Assembly (NCBI GenBank): GCA_029858285.1
Contig: JAOUFN010000010.1
Span: 9,776-73,775, forward strand
Source: Nitrospirota bacterium
GTDB taxonomy: Bacteria > Nitrospirota > JACRHL01
Reading direction: 5' to 3'
DNA: 64,000 nt
The notes beneath the pieces were generated by a model, which had not been told where the DNA came from, searched no databases, and saw only the letters and a list, made by a program, of their open reading frames with translations. Below are positions 1 through 10,330 of this stretch, piece after piece. Made by a program: the position numbers and the translations under genes. Every line of letters begins with the position of its first letter. Position 1 is the first letter of the stretch.

Positions 1-782
1 AACTTTTTGCCCCGGCTGCGGGCGTCGAGGCGGATCTTGTTGGCCAGTTCCAGCATGTCTTCCTCCACCGCGCTGGCGCCCACGCCGTAGCCCATGGAGC
101 GCAGGAAGGTGAAGGCCATGCCGCCGCCGACGATGACCTTGTCGGCGCGCTCCACCAGGTTTTGCAGCACGGCGATCTTGGATGACACCTTGGCGCCGCC
201 GATGATGACCACCAGAGGCCGCACCGGGTTGTTGAGCGCCCCGTGCAGGTAATTGATCTCGCGCTGCATCAGGTAGCCGCAGGCCACCTCGGGCAGGTAT
301 TCGGTAATGCCGGTGATGGAGGCATGGGCCCGGTGCGCGGCGCCGAAGGCGTCGTTCACATACACCTCGGCCAGCCCGGCCAACTGTTTGGCGAAGGCCG
401 GGTCGTTGGCGGTTTCGCCTTTGTGGAAGCGCAGGTTCTCCAGCAGCAGCACATCGCCGTCCTTCATGCGCTGGATCATGCTGTCCACCTGCGGTCCCAC
501 GCAGTCGGGGGCAAACGCCACCTCCTTGCCCAGCAGGCGGCCCAGACGCCGCGCCACCGGCGCCAGGGACAGGCGCGGATCCGGGGCCCCCTTGGGGCGC
601 CCCAGGTGGGAACCCAGGATCACCTTCGCCCCGGCGTCGATGGCGTAGTTGATGGTGGGCAGCGCGCCGCGGATGCGGGCGTCGTCGGTGATGTTCAGGT
701 CGTCATCCAGGGGCACGTTGAAGTCGGCGCGGATGAAGGCGCGCTTGCCCTTGAGCGAAAGTCTGTCGACGGAGCGTTTCAC
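1..782 (-). CDS. pgk: Phosphoglycerate kinase, 5' part (runs off the window's left edge)
   Basis: Manual translation from GTG at 782 gives MKRSVDRLSLKGKRAFIRADFNVPL...SHLGRP...LLENLRF...IIGGAKVSSKI, which are PGK motifs. GAGGT RBS upstream; directly downstream of gap. Confidence 0.96.
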   Translation of the reverse strand, partial: MKRSVDRLSLKGKRAFIRADFNVPLDDDLNITDDARIRGALPTINYAIDAGAKVILGSHLGRPKGAPDPRLSLAPVARRLGRLLGKEVAFAPDCVGPQVDSMIQRMKDGDVLLLENLRFHKGETANDPAFAKQLAGLAEVYVNDAFGAAHRAHASITGITEYLPEVACGYLMQREINYLHGALNNPVRPLVVIIGGAKVSSKIAVLQNLVERADKVIVGGGMAFTFLRSMGYGVGASAVEEDMLELANKIRLDARSRGKK

Positions 783-817
783 GGCGGTACCTCGGTGCCG
801 GGTGGATGGGGGGCTTC

Positions 818-1825
<1,008 letters not shown>

Positions 1826-2008
1826 TTAAGCTGGATTGCTGGTCCCGGAAAAGGGGGATTTGACCCGTTTTCCGGAGACGAAAAGTTACTAAAAAACAGT
1901 GTGGTGCGTTGTCACGCGGGTCAAAAAAGGGGCCCCACCCGGGCGGCGTCCGCAAGCCGTGCCCGTTGCCACCGGAGTGGGGGGCTGCGCCGCCGCGAGG
2001 GAACTGGA

Positions 2009-2037
2009 ATTCAAGCAGGAACCGGGCAGGGAGTCAA
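2009..2037 (-). promoter_or_regulatory. Putative sigma70 promoter for gap-pgk
   Basis: Minus strand TTGACT-17 nt-TTGAAT, about 190 nt upstream of the gap start. Confidence 0.45.
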
Positions 2038-2092
2038 GGCGGCGGCAGGCATGGCCCGGCGGGGCGAGCCCCTCCGGCGTAATCGCGTAAAA

Positions 2093-2138
2093 CGCAGCGG
2101 TCCGTGCCCGCCGCCGTTTATCGCAGCGGTCCGTGCCC
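2093..2138. repeat. 17-bp direct repeat (CGCAGCGGTCCGTGCCC x2, 12-bp spacer)
   Basis: Copies at 2093-2109 and 2122-2138, spanning the stop codon of the 2118-2918 gene. Confidence 0.9.
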
Positions 2139-2918
2139 ACCCCCCATGACCCACTCGGTCACCTCCACCTCCAGCACCAGACCGTGGCGGGGAACTTCCA
2201 GCCGCATGTGCCGGGGGGTTTCTTGCGCGGGGGTGGTGCCGTTGTCCGCCCCCTGTGGCCCGCCTACCGACAGGTAGTCTGCATAGGCGATATGGACGCG
2301 CCCGAGGCCGGGGCGCTTGAAATTCGCCTGCACCAGCCGCCCGCCGTCCATGCGGAAACGGATGGCCCCGGCACCGCGCCCGGCGCGCCACTCACCGCGT
2401 TTGCCGGGGCGCGGCGAATGGCCGTGCAGGTCCACCCCCACGGCGCCGTCCAGCAGGTGGCACAACGTGCCCAGCACCACCGCCGCCATGTCGTCCCCTC
2501 CGGCGGTTTCGCCCAGCGTGCCGCTCGCGTCCGCCGTACCGGGGCTGGACAACCGCCAGACGTCGCCATCGGAGATATAGGTGAACAGGGGCGCCCCCAT
2601 GGGTCCGAAGGCGGACAGGGCAAAGAACCGGTCGCCGGGGCGATGGGTCAGGGTGGCGGTGAAGGCGGCGGGAAACGGCACCCGCAATCGCGCCAGCCCG
2701 TGGACGCGCACCTCGGCCAGCGCCGCCACTTCCACCACCCCGGCGCGGCGCGCCTCCATGGATTGGGCCAGGGCCATCGCCTCGGGGGTGGCGGCGGGAC
2801 GGGTAAGGGTGTCGGTGAGGGTGGCGCAGCCGCTCAGCCACAGCAGGCAGCAGCCCGCCAGCAGCCAGTGTTGGAAAAAAAACCTCGAACCCGACGGCGC
2901 CGTCCGCGAGATGCTCAT
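2118..2918 (-). CDS. Putative lipoprotein, possibly LolB/DUF4292-like fold
   Basis: Hydrophobic signal ending in lipobox LSGC; beta-rich body (FALSAFGPMGAPLF); overlaps the radA stop. Confidence 0.6.
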   Translation of the reverse strand: MSISRTAPSGSRFFFQHWLLAGCCLLWLSGCATLTDTLTRPAATPEAMALAQSMEARRAGVVEVAALAEVRVHGLARLRVPFPAAFTATLTHRPGDRFFALSAFGPMGAPLFTYISDGDVWRLSSPGTADASGTLGETAGGDDMAAVVLGTLCHLLDGAVGVDLHGHSPRPGKRGEWRAGRGAGAIRFRMDGGRLVQANFKRPGLGRVHIAYADYLSVGGPQGADNGTTPAQETPRHMRLEVPRHGLVLEVEVTEWVMGGGHGPLR

Positions 2919-4273
2919 TGGAACGCCAGATCAATGGCCTCCCGCACGGAAGACACCCCCACCGCGCCGGGGTGTTGGATGCGTCCGGCGTTGCGTTCGG
3001 GAATCAGGAAGCGGGTAAAGCCAAGCCCCTCGGCCTCGCGGATGCGGGTTTCGATCTGCTGCACGGCGCGCACCTCTCCCGCCAGCCCGACCTCTCCCAC
3101 CACCAGGGTGTCGCCGGACAGGGGTGTGTCGCGAAAACTGCCCGCTACCGCCAGCAAAATGGCCAGATCGGCGGCCGGTTCGTCGAGGCGGAACCCCCCC
3201 ACCACGTTGGCGAACACGTCCTCGCCCCCCATGGCCAGCCCGGCGCGCTTTTCCAGCACCGCCAGCAGCAGCCCCAGTCGCCCCGCGTCCACCCCCAGCG
3301 CGGTGCGCCTGGCGCTGCCGTAGGGGGCGGGGCTGACCAGTGCCTGCACCTCCACCAGCACCGGGCGGGTGCCGGTGACCGCGGCGGTGACCACCGATCC
3401 GGTAGCCCCCATGGGGCGCTCCGCCAGGAAGAACGCGGATGGGTTGGAAATGCCCATCAACCCCTCGGCCTGCATCTCGAACACGCCGATCTCGTTGGTG
3501 TTGCCAAAGCGGTTTTTGACCGCCCGCAACACGCGGCAGGCGTGGCCCCGGTCGCCCTCGAAATAGAGCACCGTGTCCACCATGTGCTCCAGCACCCGCG
3601 GACCGGCGATGGCGCCGTCCTTGGTGACATGCCCCACCAGAAAGGCCGGGATGCCGCGCCCCTTGGCGATGCCGATCAGGCGCGCACTGGCCTCGCGCAC
3701 CTGGCCCACGCTGCCGGGGGCGGACTCCAGCCGCTCGGTCCAGGTGGTCTGGATGGAATCCACCACCAGCGCGGTGGGAGAGGTGGCCTCGATGTGCCGC
3801 TCGATGGCCTCCAGCCGGGTTTCACACAGCACCAGCAGGGAATCGCTCATGGCGTTCAGGCGCTCGGCGCGCAGCCGCACCTGATGCGGGGCCTCCTCGC
3901 CGGAGACATACAGCACCGTGCCGCGCCTGGCCAGACAGGCGCACGCCTGCAGCATCAAGGTGGATTTGCCGATGCCGGGATCGCCGCCCACCAGCATCAC
4001 CGCGCCGGGCACCACGCCGCCCCCCAGCACGCGGTCCAGTTCGCCGATGCCGGTGACGATGTGACGGCTGTCCTTGCCGTCCACCCGGGTGATGGGGCGG
4101 GGGGTGGCGTCCGCCCCCTGGGCAATGGCCACGGCCCCCTGGGGGCGCACGGCGGGGGTGGCGGTCTCCTCCACCAGGGTGTGCCATTCGCCGCACTGGC
4201 CGCAGCGCCCGGCCCAGCGGGGGGTGGCGCCACCGCAGGACTGGCAGACGAAACGGGTGCGCGGTGCGGCCAC
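2915..4273 (-). CDS. radA: DNA repair protein RadA/Sms
   Basis: N-terminal C4 zinc finger, Walker A GDPGIGKST, KNRFG motif, Lon-like C-terminus. Confidence 0.97.
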   Translation of the reverse strand: MAAPRTRFVCQSCGGATPRWAGRCGQCGEWHTLVEETATPAVRPQGAVAIAQGADATPRPITRVDGKDSRHIVTGIGELDRVLGGGVVPGAVMLVGGDPGIGKSTLMLQACACLARRGTVLYVSGEEAPHQVRLRAERLNAMSDSLLVLCETRLEAIERHIEATSPTALVVDSIQTTWTERLESAPGSVGQVREASARLIGIAKGRGIPAFLVGHVTKDGAIAGPRVLEHMVDTVLYFEGDRGHACRVLRAVKNRFGNTNEIGVFEMQAEGLMGISNPSAFFLAERPMGATGSVVTAAVTGTRPVLVEVQALVSPAPYGSARRTALGVDAGRLGLLLAVLEKRAGLAMGGEDVFANVVGGFRLDEPAADLAILLAVAGSFRDTPLSGDTLVVGEVGLAGEVRAVQQIETRIREAEGLGFTRFLIPERNAGRIQHPGAVGVSSVREAIDLAFQ

Positions 4274-4278
4274 CGGGG

Positions 4279-5106
4279 TCAGTGCCCCGGTCCGCCGCCG
4301 TCCAGCCCCTGGCGCAGGCGGGCCACGAAGTCCGTGGCGGTCCGCACCAGTGCGTCGCCTTGCCGGCCCTTTTCGACGCCGGTCTCGATCTCCTTCACCA
4401 GGGCGCTGCCAACAATCACCCCGTCGGCGAACTGGCCCATCTGCCGCGCCTGTTCGGGGGTGGAGATGCCAAAGCCCACGGCGATCGGCTTGTTGGTGTG
4501 GGCGCGGATGGCGGTCAGGTGCGTGGCCACGTCCTGTGCGTTCGCATGGCCGGCGCCGGTGATGCCGGTGAGGGAAACGTAATAGACAAAACCGGTGGCC
4601 TGACGGGAAACCTTGCGGATGCGCGTCTCGTCGGAGGTGGGGGCGAGCAGGAAGATGGTGGCCAGCCCGGCGGCCCGCGCGGCCACAATCAATTCGTGCC
4701 CCTCCTCGGGAGGCAGGTCGGGCACGATGACGCCGTCCACCCCCGCCGCCACGGCGTCGCGGACAAAGCGCTCCACGCCGTAATGGTGGATGGGATTGTA
4801 GTAGGACATGAACACCATCGGCACGTCGCAGGCGGCGCGCACCCTGGCGGCCAGTTTCAGCACGTCGTCCAGGGAGGTATCGTGGGCCAGCGCGCGCATG
4901 GCGGCGCGCAGGATCACCGGGCCGTCGGCGATGGGGTCGGAAAACGGGATGCCCAGTTCGATGATATCGGCCCCGGCGCGTTGCAATGCGGGGATCAGGG
5001 CCAGGGTGGTGGCAAGGTCCGGGTCACCGGCCATGACGTAAGGGATGAGCACCTTGCGGCCGGCCTTGCGGGCGGCGCGGAAGGCGTTGTCGATACGCTG
5101 GGTCAT
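4279..5106 (-). CDS. trpA: Tryptophan synthase alpha chain
   Basis: IELGIPFSDPIADGPVI, YYVSLTGITG, VGFGIS, GVIVGSA motifs. Confidence 0.97.
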   Translation of the reverse strand: MTQRIDNAFRAARKAGRKVLIPYVMAGDPDLATTLALIPALQRAGADIIELGIPFSDPIADGPVILRAAMRALAHDTSLDDVLKLAARVRAACDVPMVFMSYYNPIHHYGVERFVRDAVAAGVDGVIVPDLPPEEGHELIVAARAAGLATIFLLAPTSDETRIRKVSRQATGFVYYVSLTGITGAGHANAQDVATHLTAIRAHTNKPIAVGFGISTPEQARQMGQFADGVIVGSALVKEIETGVEKGRQGDALVRTATDFVARLRQGLDGGGPGH

Positions 5107-5658
5107 GGCGCTGGGTCGCGGACTCCTGACGGGGGCTTGTGTTGGACTGGCAGGGCAGGCGGATTATCCCCGTACGGCCCCGCCGCGTCAACGCCCCGGG
5201 GACGGGTGGCGGCAGGTGGGGAGAGCGTATGGCAAATGCCGTCCGGGAAGGGGTAATAAGGCAAAAAGCAGGCATTTTTTTTCACATTTCACGCGGTTTT
5301 CCGAAGCGGCTCCGAGCGTGGCCCGAAAATGGGAAAAAGCCCAGAATGCCGCGCCGCTGCAGGCGCAAACATGGTTTTCGAACAAGGTCGGGCAGAGTGG
5401 AAAGCGCTTGGCATCTTTCTTGGATATCTTTCCGGGCATGGAGCGGACGTGACGCGGCGCTGATCCCTTCCCGGTGGTGATCCACAGGAATGAAGGGGGG
5501 ATGGGGAAGGGCCGGGGAGTGCCCCCGACATCGGGTGGCAGTTGCTGCCAGAAGGTGCCGCCGGTGAGTGCGGTGTGAAAACCGGAACGTGTGTGTTGCC
5601 CCCCGGCGCGGTTGTAAACAAGCCGGGCGGAACGCTCGTAAAAATGAAGGACACAGTG

Positions 5659-6099
5659 ATGAACAACCGCGAGGAAGCCAGCGTGCGTCAGCAATACCTT
5701 GGGGAGCTGTTTGCGGCCCTCAAGACCGTGCTGGCGGAAGACCCGCGCCTGCAGGAGATGGTCCGCATGCAGGAGCAGGACAATCGTCAGGTGTTGCTCA
5801 ACATGAGTTCCCTGCTGCGCATGGTGGAGCAGGAACAGTCCGCACCCGGCAGCGCGGGCGAGCCCTACCGGCCCAAGGTGGTGCAGGGGTGGATGATGCA
5901 CGACGGCGATGGCGGCACCCTGGCCGGTGTTGGCGACGCCCGGGAAAGCGGCCTGGAGAACGATACGGGACATGGTGTCGATGCCGCTGTCCGGCAGTCC
6001 GCCGCCCCTCTGGCGGCCCCGGAAGTGCCGGTGCAGGAACCGAAGCGGAGCAACTTCTTTGACCGCGCCTTTTTGAAGTCCCTGAAGATTTCCATCTGA
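5659..6099 (+). CDS. Hypothetical protein
   Basis: GC3-biased ORF with AAGGA RBS before ATG 5659; helical N-terminus, low-complexity middle, C-terminal DRAFLKSLKISI. Confidence 0.7.
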   Translation: MNNREEASVRQQYLGELFAALKTVLAEDPRLQEMVRMQEQDNRQVLLNMSSLLRMVEQEQSAPGSAGEPYRPKVVQGWMMHDGDGGTLAGVGDARESGLENDTGHGVDAAVRQSAAPLAAPEVPVQEPKRSNFFDRAFLKSLKISI

Positions 6100-6106
6100 T
6101 TTTTCA

Positions 6107-6142
6107 CCCGCCCACGCCCGCTACCCGCCGGGCGTGGGCGGG
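6107..6142 (+). terminator. Perfect 14-bp inverted repeat, terminator-like
   Basis: CCCGCCCACGCCCG-8 nt-CGGGCGTGGGCGGG just after the stop at 6099; U-tract weak. Confidence 0.55.
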
Positions 6143-6330
6143 GGTTGATCCCCCGCGCTCCGGTCCGCAACTCCGGCAGTGCCGCACGGCCCGGATCACC
6201 GCCCCCTTCCCCCACCAGTCAGCCCCCCGCATCCAGACCTTTGCGTCGGTTCGCTGCATGCGTCCGCATGTCGCCGTAAAATACGCCGCCGGCATCACCC
6301 GTGAGGGGCCGGGAAGGGGCACCGCACGCC

Positions 6331-6360
6331 TTGACAGCGGGGCTGACAGCCAAGTACCAT
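6331..6360 (+). promoter_or_regulatory. Putative sigma70 promoter of the yceD-rpmF-plsX-fab cluster
   Basis: TTGACA-18 nt-TACCAT, 21 nt before ATG 6382. Confidence 0.6.
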
Positions 6361-6381
6361 TCCCCGTTTGCTTCGGTGGCC

Positions 6382-6897
6382 ATGAAGATTGCCCTTTCCC
6401 AAGTCCCGCCCGAAGGCCTGCAAGTCTCTTATGCGGCAGGCCCGGAGTTGTTTGCGGACGCGGGGGACGGCGTGGTCGCCCAGGGCAGTGTCCCGGTGGC
6501 GGCGCGGGTCGATACGGAAGGTTCCGGCCTGCGCGTGAAAGGGTCCGCCGAAGCCGTGCTGGAGTTGCCCTGCGCACGCTGTCTGAACGTGTTTCCGGCG
6601 GCCTTCATCACGCGCTTCGACGTGTTGTTCACGCCGATCGCCCTGGATGTGGACGCGGACGAGATTGAGTTGGGCGAGCGCGACATGGCCGTCTGCCACC
6701 TCGAGGGGGATGTGGTGGATCTGGACGGGCTGGTGCGCGAGCAGGTGTTGCTGGAGTTGCCCATGGCCCCGCTGTGCGACGAGGGGTGCAGGGGGCTGTG
6801 TCCCAGATGCGGGGCCGACCTGAATCTGGGCGAGTGCGGTTGTCCCCCGCAGGGGGATCCGCGCCTGGCGGCGCTGAAGAAGTTGTTAGAGGGTTGA
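6382..6897 (+). CDS. yceD: DUF177/YceD family protein
   Basis: CARCL and LCDEGCRGLCPRCGADLN..C.C..DPRLAAL motifs; canonical position before rpmF. Confidence 0.92.
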   Translation: MKIALSQVPPEGLQVSYAAGPELFADAGDGVVAQGSVPVAARVDTEGSGLRVKGSAEAVLELPCARCLNVFPAAFITRFDVLFTPIALDVDADEIELGERDMAVCHLEGDVVDLDGLVREQVLLELPMAPLCDEGCRGLCPRCGADLNLGECGCPPQGDPRLAALKKLLEG

Positions 6898-6956
6898 ATT
6901 CACCGCGTGCGGCGTCGCTTCAGGGCGGCCACGCACGCGGCAACGAGGTTGGACCG

Positions 6957-7139
6957 ATGCCACATCCTAAACGTAGAACCAGCAAATCGTCGGCGCGTCA
7001 GCGCCGCACCCACAAGAAGCTGACCGCCCCCACCGTCATCAGTTGTCCCAACTGTGCCGAGGCGGTGCGTCCGCACCATGTGTGCCCCTCCTGCGGTCAG
7101 TACCGCGGGCAAGAGGTTCTCAGCACCACCACCATGTAG
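6957..7139 (+). CDS. rpmF: 50S ribosomal protein L32 (Zn-binding form)
   Basis: MPHPKRRTSKS..RRTH, CPNC...HHVCPSCGQY; GAGG RBS. Confidence 0.96.
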   Translation: MPHPKRRTSKSSARQRRTHKKLTAPTVISCPNCAEAVRPHHVCPSCGQYRGQEVLSTTTM

Positions 7140-7261
7140 TCCCGGCGCGGTTTGCGGCACGGGGCTGATCAACCCCCGCCGCCGCGAGCAGTGACGGCCA
7201 TGTGTGCCGGTGCCGTTGTTCCCGGTTCGGGAACCCAGGCGGCGATTAACGGAGCCGATAC

Positions 7262-8275
7262 GTGCGCATAGCAGTGGATGCCATGGGTGGCGACCACGCC
7301 CCCGCCGCGATCGTCGAGGGGGCGTTGCTCGCTGCCCGTGATTTTGGGGTGGCCATTGATCTGGTCGGTGACGAGGTGCGGGTGCGGGAGGCCCTGGTGG
7401 GGCTGGACACCGCCGGTCTCGACATTCAGGTCATCCACGCCCCCCAGACCGTGGCCATGGACGAATCACCCTCCCAGGCGGTGCGCAAGAAACGCCAGTC
7501 GTCCATCTGGGTGGCCAATCAGCGGGTGGCCGATGGCGCCTCCGACGCCGTCATCAGCGCCGGCAACACCGGCGCCTGCATGGCCATGTCCCTGTTCGTG
7601 CTAAAACCCCTGCCGGGGGTGGAGCGCCCCGCCATTGCCGCCGTGCTGCCCAATCTCACCGGTTCCTCGGTGATGCTGGACGTGGGCGCCAACGTGGATT
7701 GCCGCGCCGAGCACATCGTGCAGTTCGCCTTCATGGGCTACGAATACGCCAAGCGCGTGCTGCGTCTGCCCAACCCCCGCGTGGGGGTGCTGTCCATCGG
7801 CGAGGAGGAGGCCAAGGGCTCCCCCCTCACCAAAGAGGTCCACGCCCGCCTCAAACTGTCCCCGCTCAATTTCATCGGCAACGTCGAGGGCCGCGACCTT
7901 TACAACGGCAACTGCGACGTGATCGTGTGCGACGGCTTTATCGGCAACGTCGCCCTGAAAACCAGCGAGGGGCTGGCCGAGGCGCTCATGGAACTGCTGC
8001 GCCGCGAAATCCGCGCCCAGTGGGGCGGCTGGCTCGGGTATCTGCTGCTCAAACCGGCCCTGCGCCGCTTCCGCAAGAAGATTCACTACTCCGAATATGG
8101 GGGGGCCCCCTTGTTGGGGCTGAACGGGGTCTCTATCATCTGCCATGGGCGGTCCGATGCATGGGCGATCCGTAACGCCGTGAGCGTGGCCAGGCGCATG
8201 GTGGAGGAGCGGATCAGCCGCCACATCGCAGAGGACGTCGCCCGCGACGCGCAGCAGCCGCTGGAGGTTTCGTGA
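7262..8275 (+). CDS. plsX: Phosphate acyltransferase PlsX
   Basis: IAVDAMGGD, SAGNTGA, DGFIGNVALK motifs. Confidence 0.97.
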   Translation: MRIAVDAMGGDHAPAAIVEGALLAARDFGVAIDLVGDEVRVREALVGLDTAGLDIQVIHAPQTVAMDESPSQAVRKKRQSSIWVANQRVADGASDAVISAGNTGACMAMSLFVLKPLPGVERPAIAAVLPNLTGSSVMLDVGANVDCRAEHIVQFAFMGYEYAKRVLRLPNPRVGVLSIGEEEAKGSPLTKEVHARLKLSPLNFIGNVEGRDLYNGNCDVIVCDGFIGNVALKTSEGLAEALMELLRREIRAQWGGWLGYLLLKPALRRFRKKIHYSEYGGAPLLGLNGVSIICHGRSDAWAIRNAVSVARRMVEERISRHIAEDVARDAQQPLEVS

Positions 8276-9273
8276 CGGCAACGATTATCGCGGGGACCGG
8301 TTCCTACGTCCCCGACAGGGTGCTCACCAACGCCGATCTGGAGCGCATGGTGGACACCTCGGACGAGTGGATCACCGCCCGTACCGGCATCCGCGAGCGG
8401 CGCATTGCGGCCGACGATCAGGCCACTTCCGATCTGGCCGCCGCAGCGGCCCGGCGCGCCCTCGAGGCGGCCGGCATGGCCCCGGAGGAGGTGGAACTGG
8501 TGCTGGTGGCCACCGCCACCCCGGACATGTTCTTTCCCGCCACCGCCTGTCTGGTGCAGACCGCCATCGGCGCCACCAACGCCGCCGCCTTCGACCTTTC
8601 CGCCGCCTGCTCCGGCTTCATTTACGGCCTCAACGTGGCGGATGCCTACATCCGTTCCGGCACTTACCGCAACGTGCTGCTGATCGGCGCCGAAACCATG
8701 AGCCGGGTGACCGACTGGACCGACCGCAGCACCTGCGTGCTGTTTGGTGACGGTGCCGGAGCCGTGGTGCTGAAGGCCGCCCCCGGCGACAGCCGGGCCG
8801 GGGCGCCGGGTATCCTGCACAGCCGCATCCACTCCGACGGCGCCGCCTGGGACTACATCTGCGTGCCGGGTGGGGGCTCGCGCCTGCCGCCCAGCAACGA
8901 TCTGGTGGAAAAACGCCTGCAATACCTGCAAATGCGCGGCAACGAGACCTTCAAGGTGGCGGTGCGCAACATGGAACGCGCCGCCCGTGCGGTGCTCGAC
9001 GCCGCAGGTGGCATCAAACCTCAGGATCTGGCGCTGGTGGTGCCGCACCAGGCCAACATGCGCATCCTCAACGCCGTGGCCGAGCGGCTGGAACTCAGTG
9101 AGGGCCAGATGTTCGTCAATTTGCAGTCCTACGGCAACACCTCGGCGGCCTCGGTGCCGCTGGCCCTGGACGAGGCGGTGCGGGGCGGGCGCGTCCACAG
9201 CGGCGATCTGGTGCTGTTTTTGGCATTTGGGTCCGGCCTCACCTGGGGCGCGGCGTTGCTGCGGTGGGCCTGA
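8272..9273 (+). CDS. fabH: 3-oxoacyl-ACP synthase III
   Basis: AACSGF, PHQAN, YGNTSAAS catalytic Cys-His-Asn motifs. Confidence 0.97.
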   Translation: MTATIIAGTGSYVPDRVLTNADLERMVDTSDEWITARTGIRERRIAADDQATSDLAAAAARRALEAAGMAPEEVELVLVATATPDMFFPATACLVQTAIGATNAAAFDLSAACSGFIYGLNVADAYIRSGTYRNVLLIGAETMSRVTDWTDRSTCVLFGDGAGAVVLKAAPGDSRAGAPGILHSRIHSDGAAWDYICVPGGGSRLPPSNDLVEKRLQYLQMRGNETFKVAVRNMERAARAVLDAAGGIKPQDLALVVPHQANMRILNAVAERLELSEGQMFVNLQSYGNTSAASVPLALDEAVRGGRVHSGDLVLFLAFGSGLTWGAALLRWA

Positions 9274-9312
9274 TGCGCGGGGGTGGATTTCGGCACGGCG
9301 GCGGCCCCCTGG

Positions 9313-9341
9313 TTGACAAGGCTGCGGGCTTTTCACAGAAT
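9313..9341 (+). promoter_or_regulatory. Possible internal sigma70 promoter before fabD
   Basis: TTGACA-17 nt-CAGAAT in the fabH-fabD gap. Confidence 0.4.
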
Positions 9342-9394
9342 CACACTACCCACGCCGTCCGGCCAGACCGCCAGATCGACCAAAGGACAAGATT

Positions 9395-10330
9395 TTGAAG
9401 ACCGCATTTCTGTTTCCCGGCCAGGGGTCTCAGTGCGCAGGCATGGGACGCGACCTTGCCGCCACGTTCCCGGTGGCCAAGCAGGCCTTTCAGGAGGCCG
9501 ACGAGGCCCTTGGGTTCGCCCTGTCCAAGCTCTGTTTCGAGGGTCCGGCCGAGCAACTCAACCGTACCGAGTTCACCCAGCCCGCATTGCTGGCCGCCTC
9601 CATCGCCGCCGCCCGCGTGCTGGAGCAGGAGGGGGTCAGGCCCGATGTGGTGGCGGGGCACTCTCTGGGTGAATTCACCGCGCTGGTGGTGGCGGGCAGC
9701 CTGACCTTTGCCGACGCGCTGCGTCTGGTGCGCGCCCGTGGCCGCTACATGCAGGAGGCGGTCCCCCAGGGCACGGGCAAGATGAGCGCCGTGCTGGGCA
9801 TGGACCGCGAGGCGCTGGGCGAGGTGTGCGAGGCGGCCCAGCAGGGGCAGATCGTGTCCCTGGCCAACCTCAACTGCCCCGGCCAGATCGTCATTGCCGG
9901 ACACCGCGAGGCGGTGGAGCGCGCCGAGGAGGGGGCCAAGGCCGCCGGAGCTTCGCGGGTCATCCCCCTGCCGGTGAGCGTGCCCTCCCACTGTGCCTTG
10001 ATGGAGTCCGCCGGAGAGCGGCTGGACGCCGACATGCGCGCCATTTCCATCGAGGACCTGTCGATTCCCCTCATCAATAACTGCGAGGCGCTGGAGGTCA
10101 ACGTCGCCGCCGACGTCATCCCCTCCGCCCGGCGGCAGATTTCCTCCCCGGTACTGTGGGGGGACAGCGTCAAGCTGATGATCGAACGCCTCGACATCGA
10201 CTGTTTCATCGAAGTCGGCCCCGGCAAGGTGCTGAGCGGACTGCTCAAACGCATCGACCGGCGCGCCGCCGGGTATAACGTGGAAGATCCGGCCTCCCTG
10301 GCCGCAACCCTGGAAAAGGTGCGCGCATGA
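9395..10330 (+). CDS. fabD: Malonyl CoA-ACP transacylase
   Basis: FPGQGSQ, GHSLGE; TTG start. Confidence 0.97.
   Translation: MKTAFLFPGQGSQCAGMGRDLAATFPVAKQAFQEADEALGFALSKLCFEGPAEQLNRTEFTQPALLAASIAAARVLEQEGVRPDVVAGHSLGEFTALVVAGSLTFADALRLVRARGRYMQEAVPQGTGKMSAVLGMDREALGEVCEAAQQGQIVSLANLNCPGQIVIAGHREAVERAEEGAKAAGASRVIPLPVSVPSHCALMESAGERLDADMRAISIEDLSIPLINNCEALEVNVAADVIPSARRQISSPVLWGDSVKLMIERLDIDCFIEVGPGKVLSGLLKRIDRRAAGYNVEDPASLAATLEKVRA

Noticed and set aside
2093-2138. 17-bp direct repeat as an att site or target-site duplication
   Set aside because: Only 12 bp separate the copies and no integrase or transposase is present; simple local duplication is more likely.
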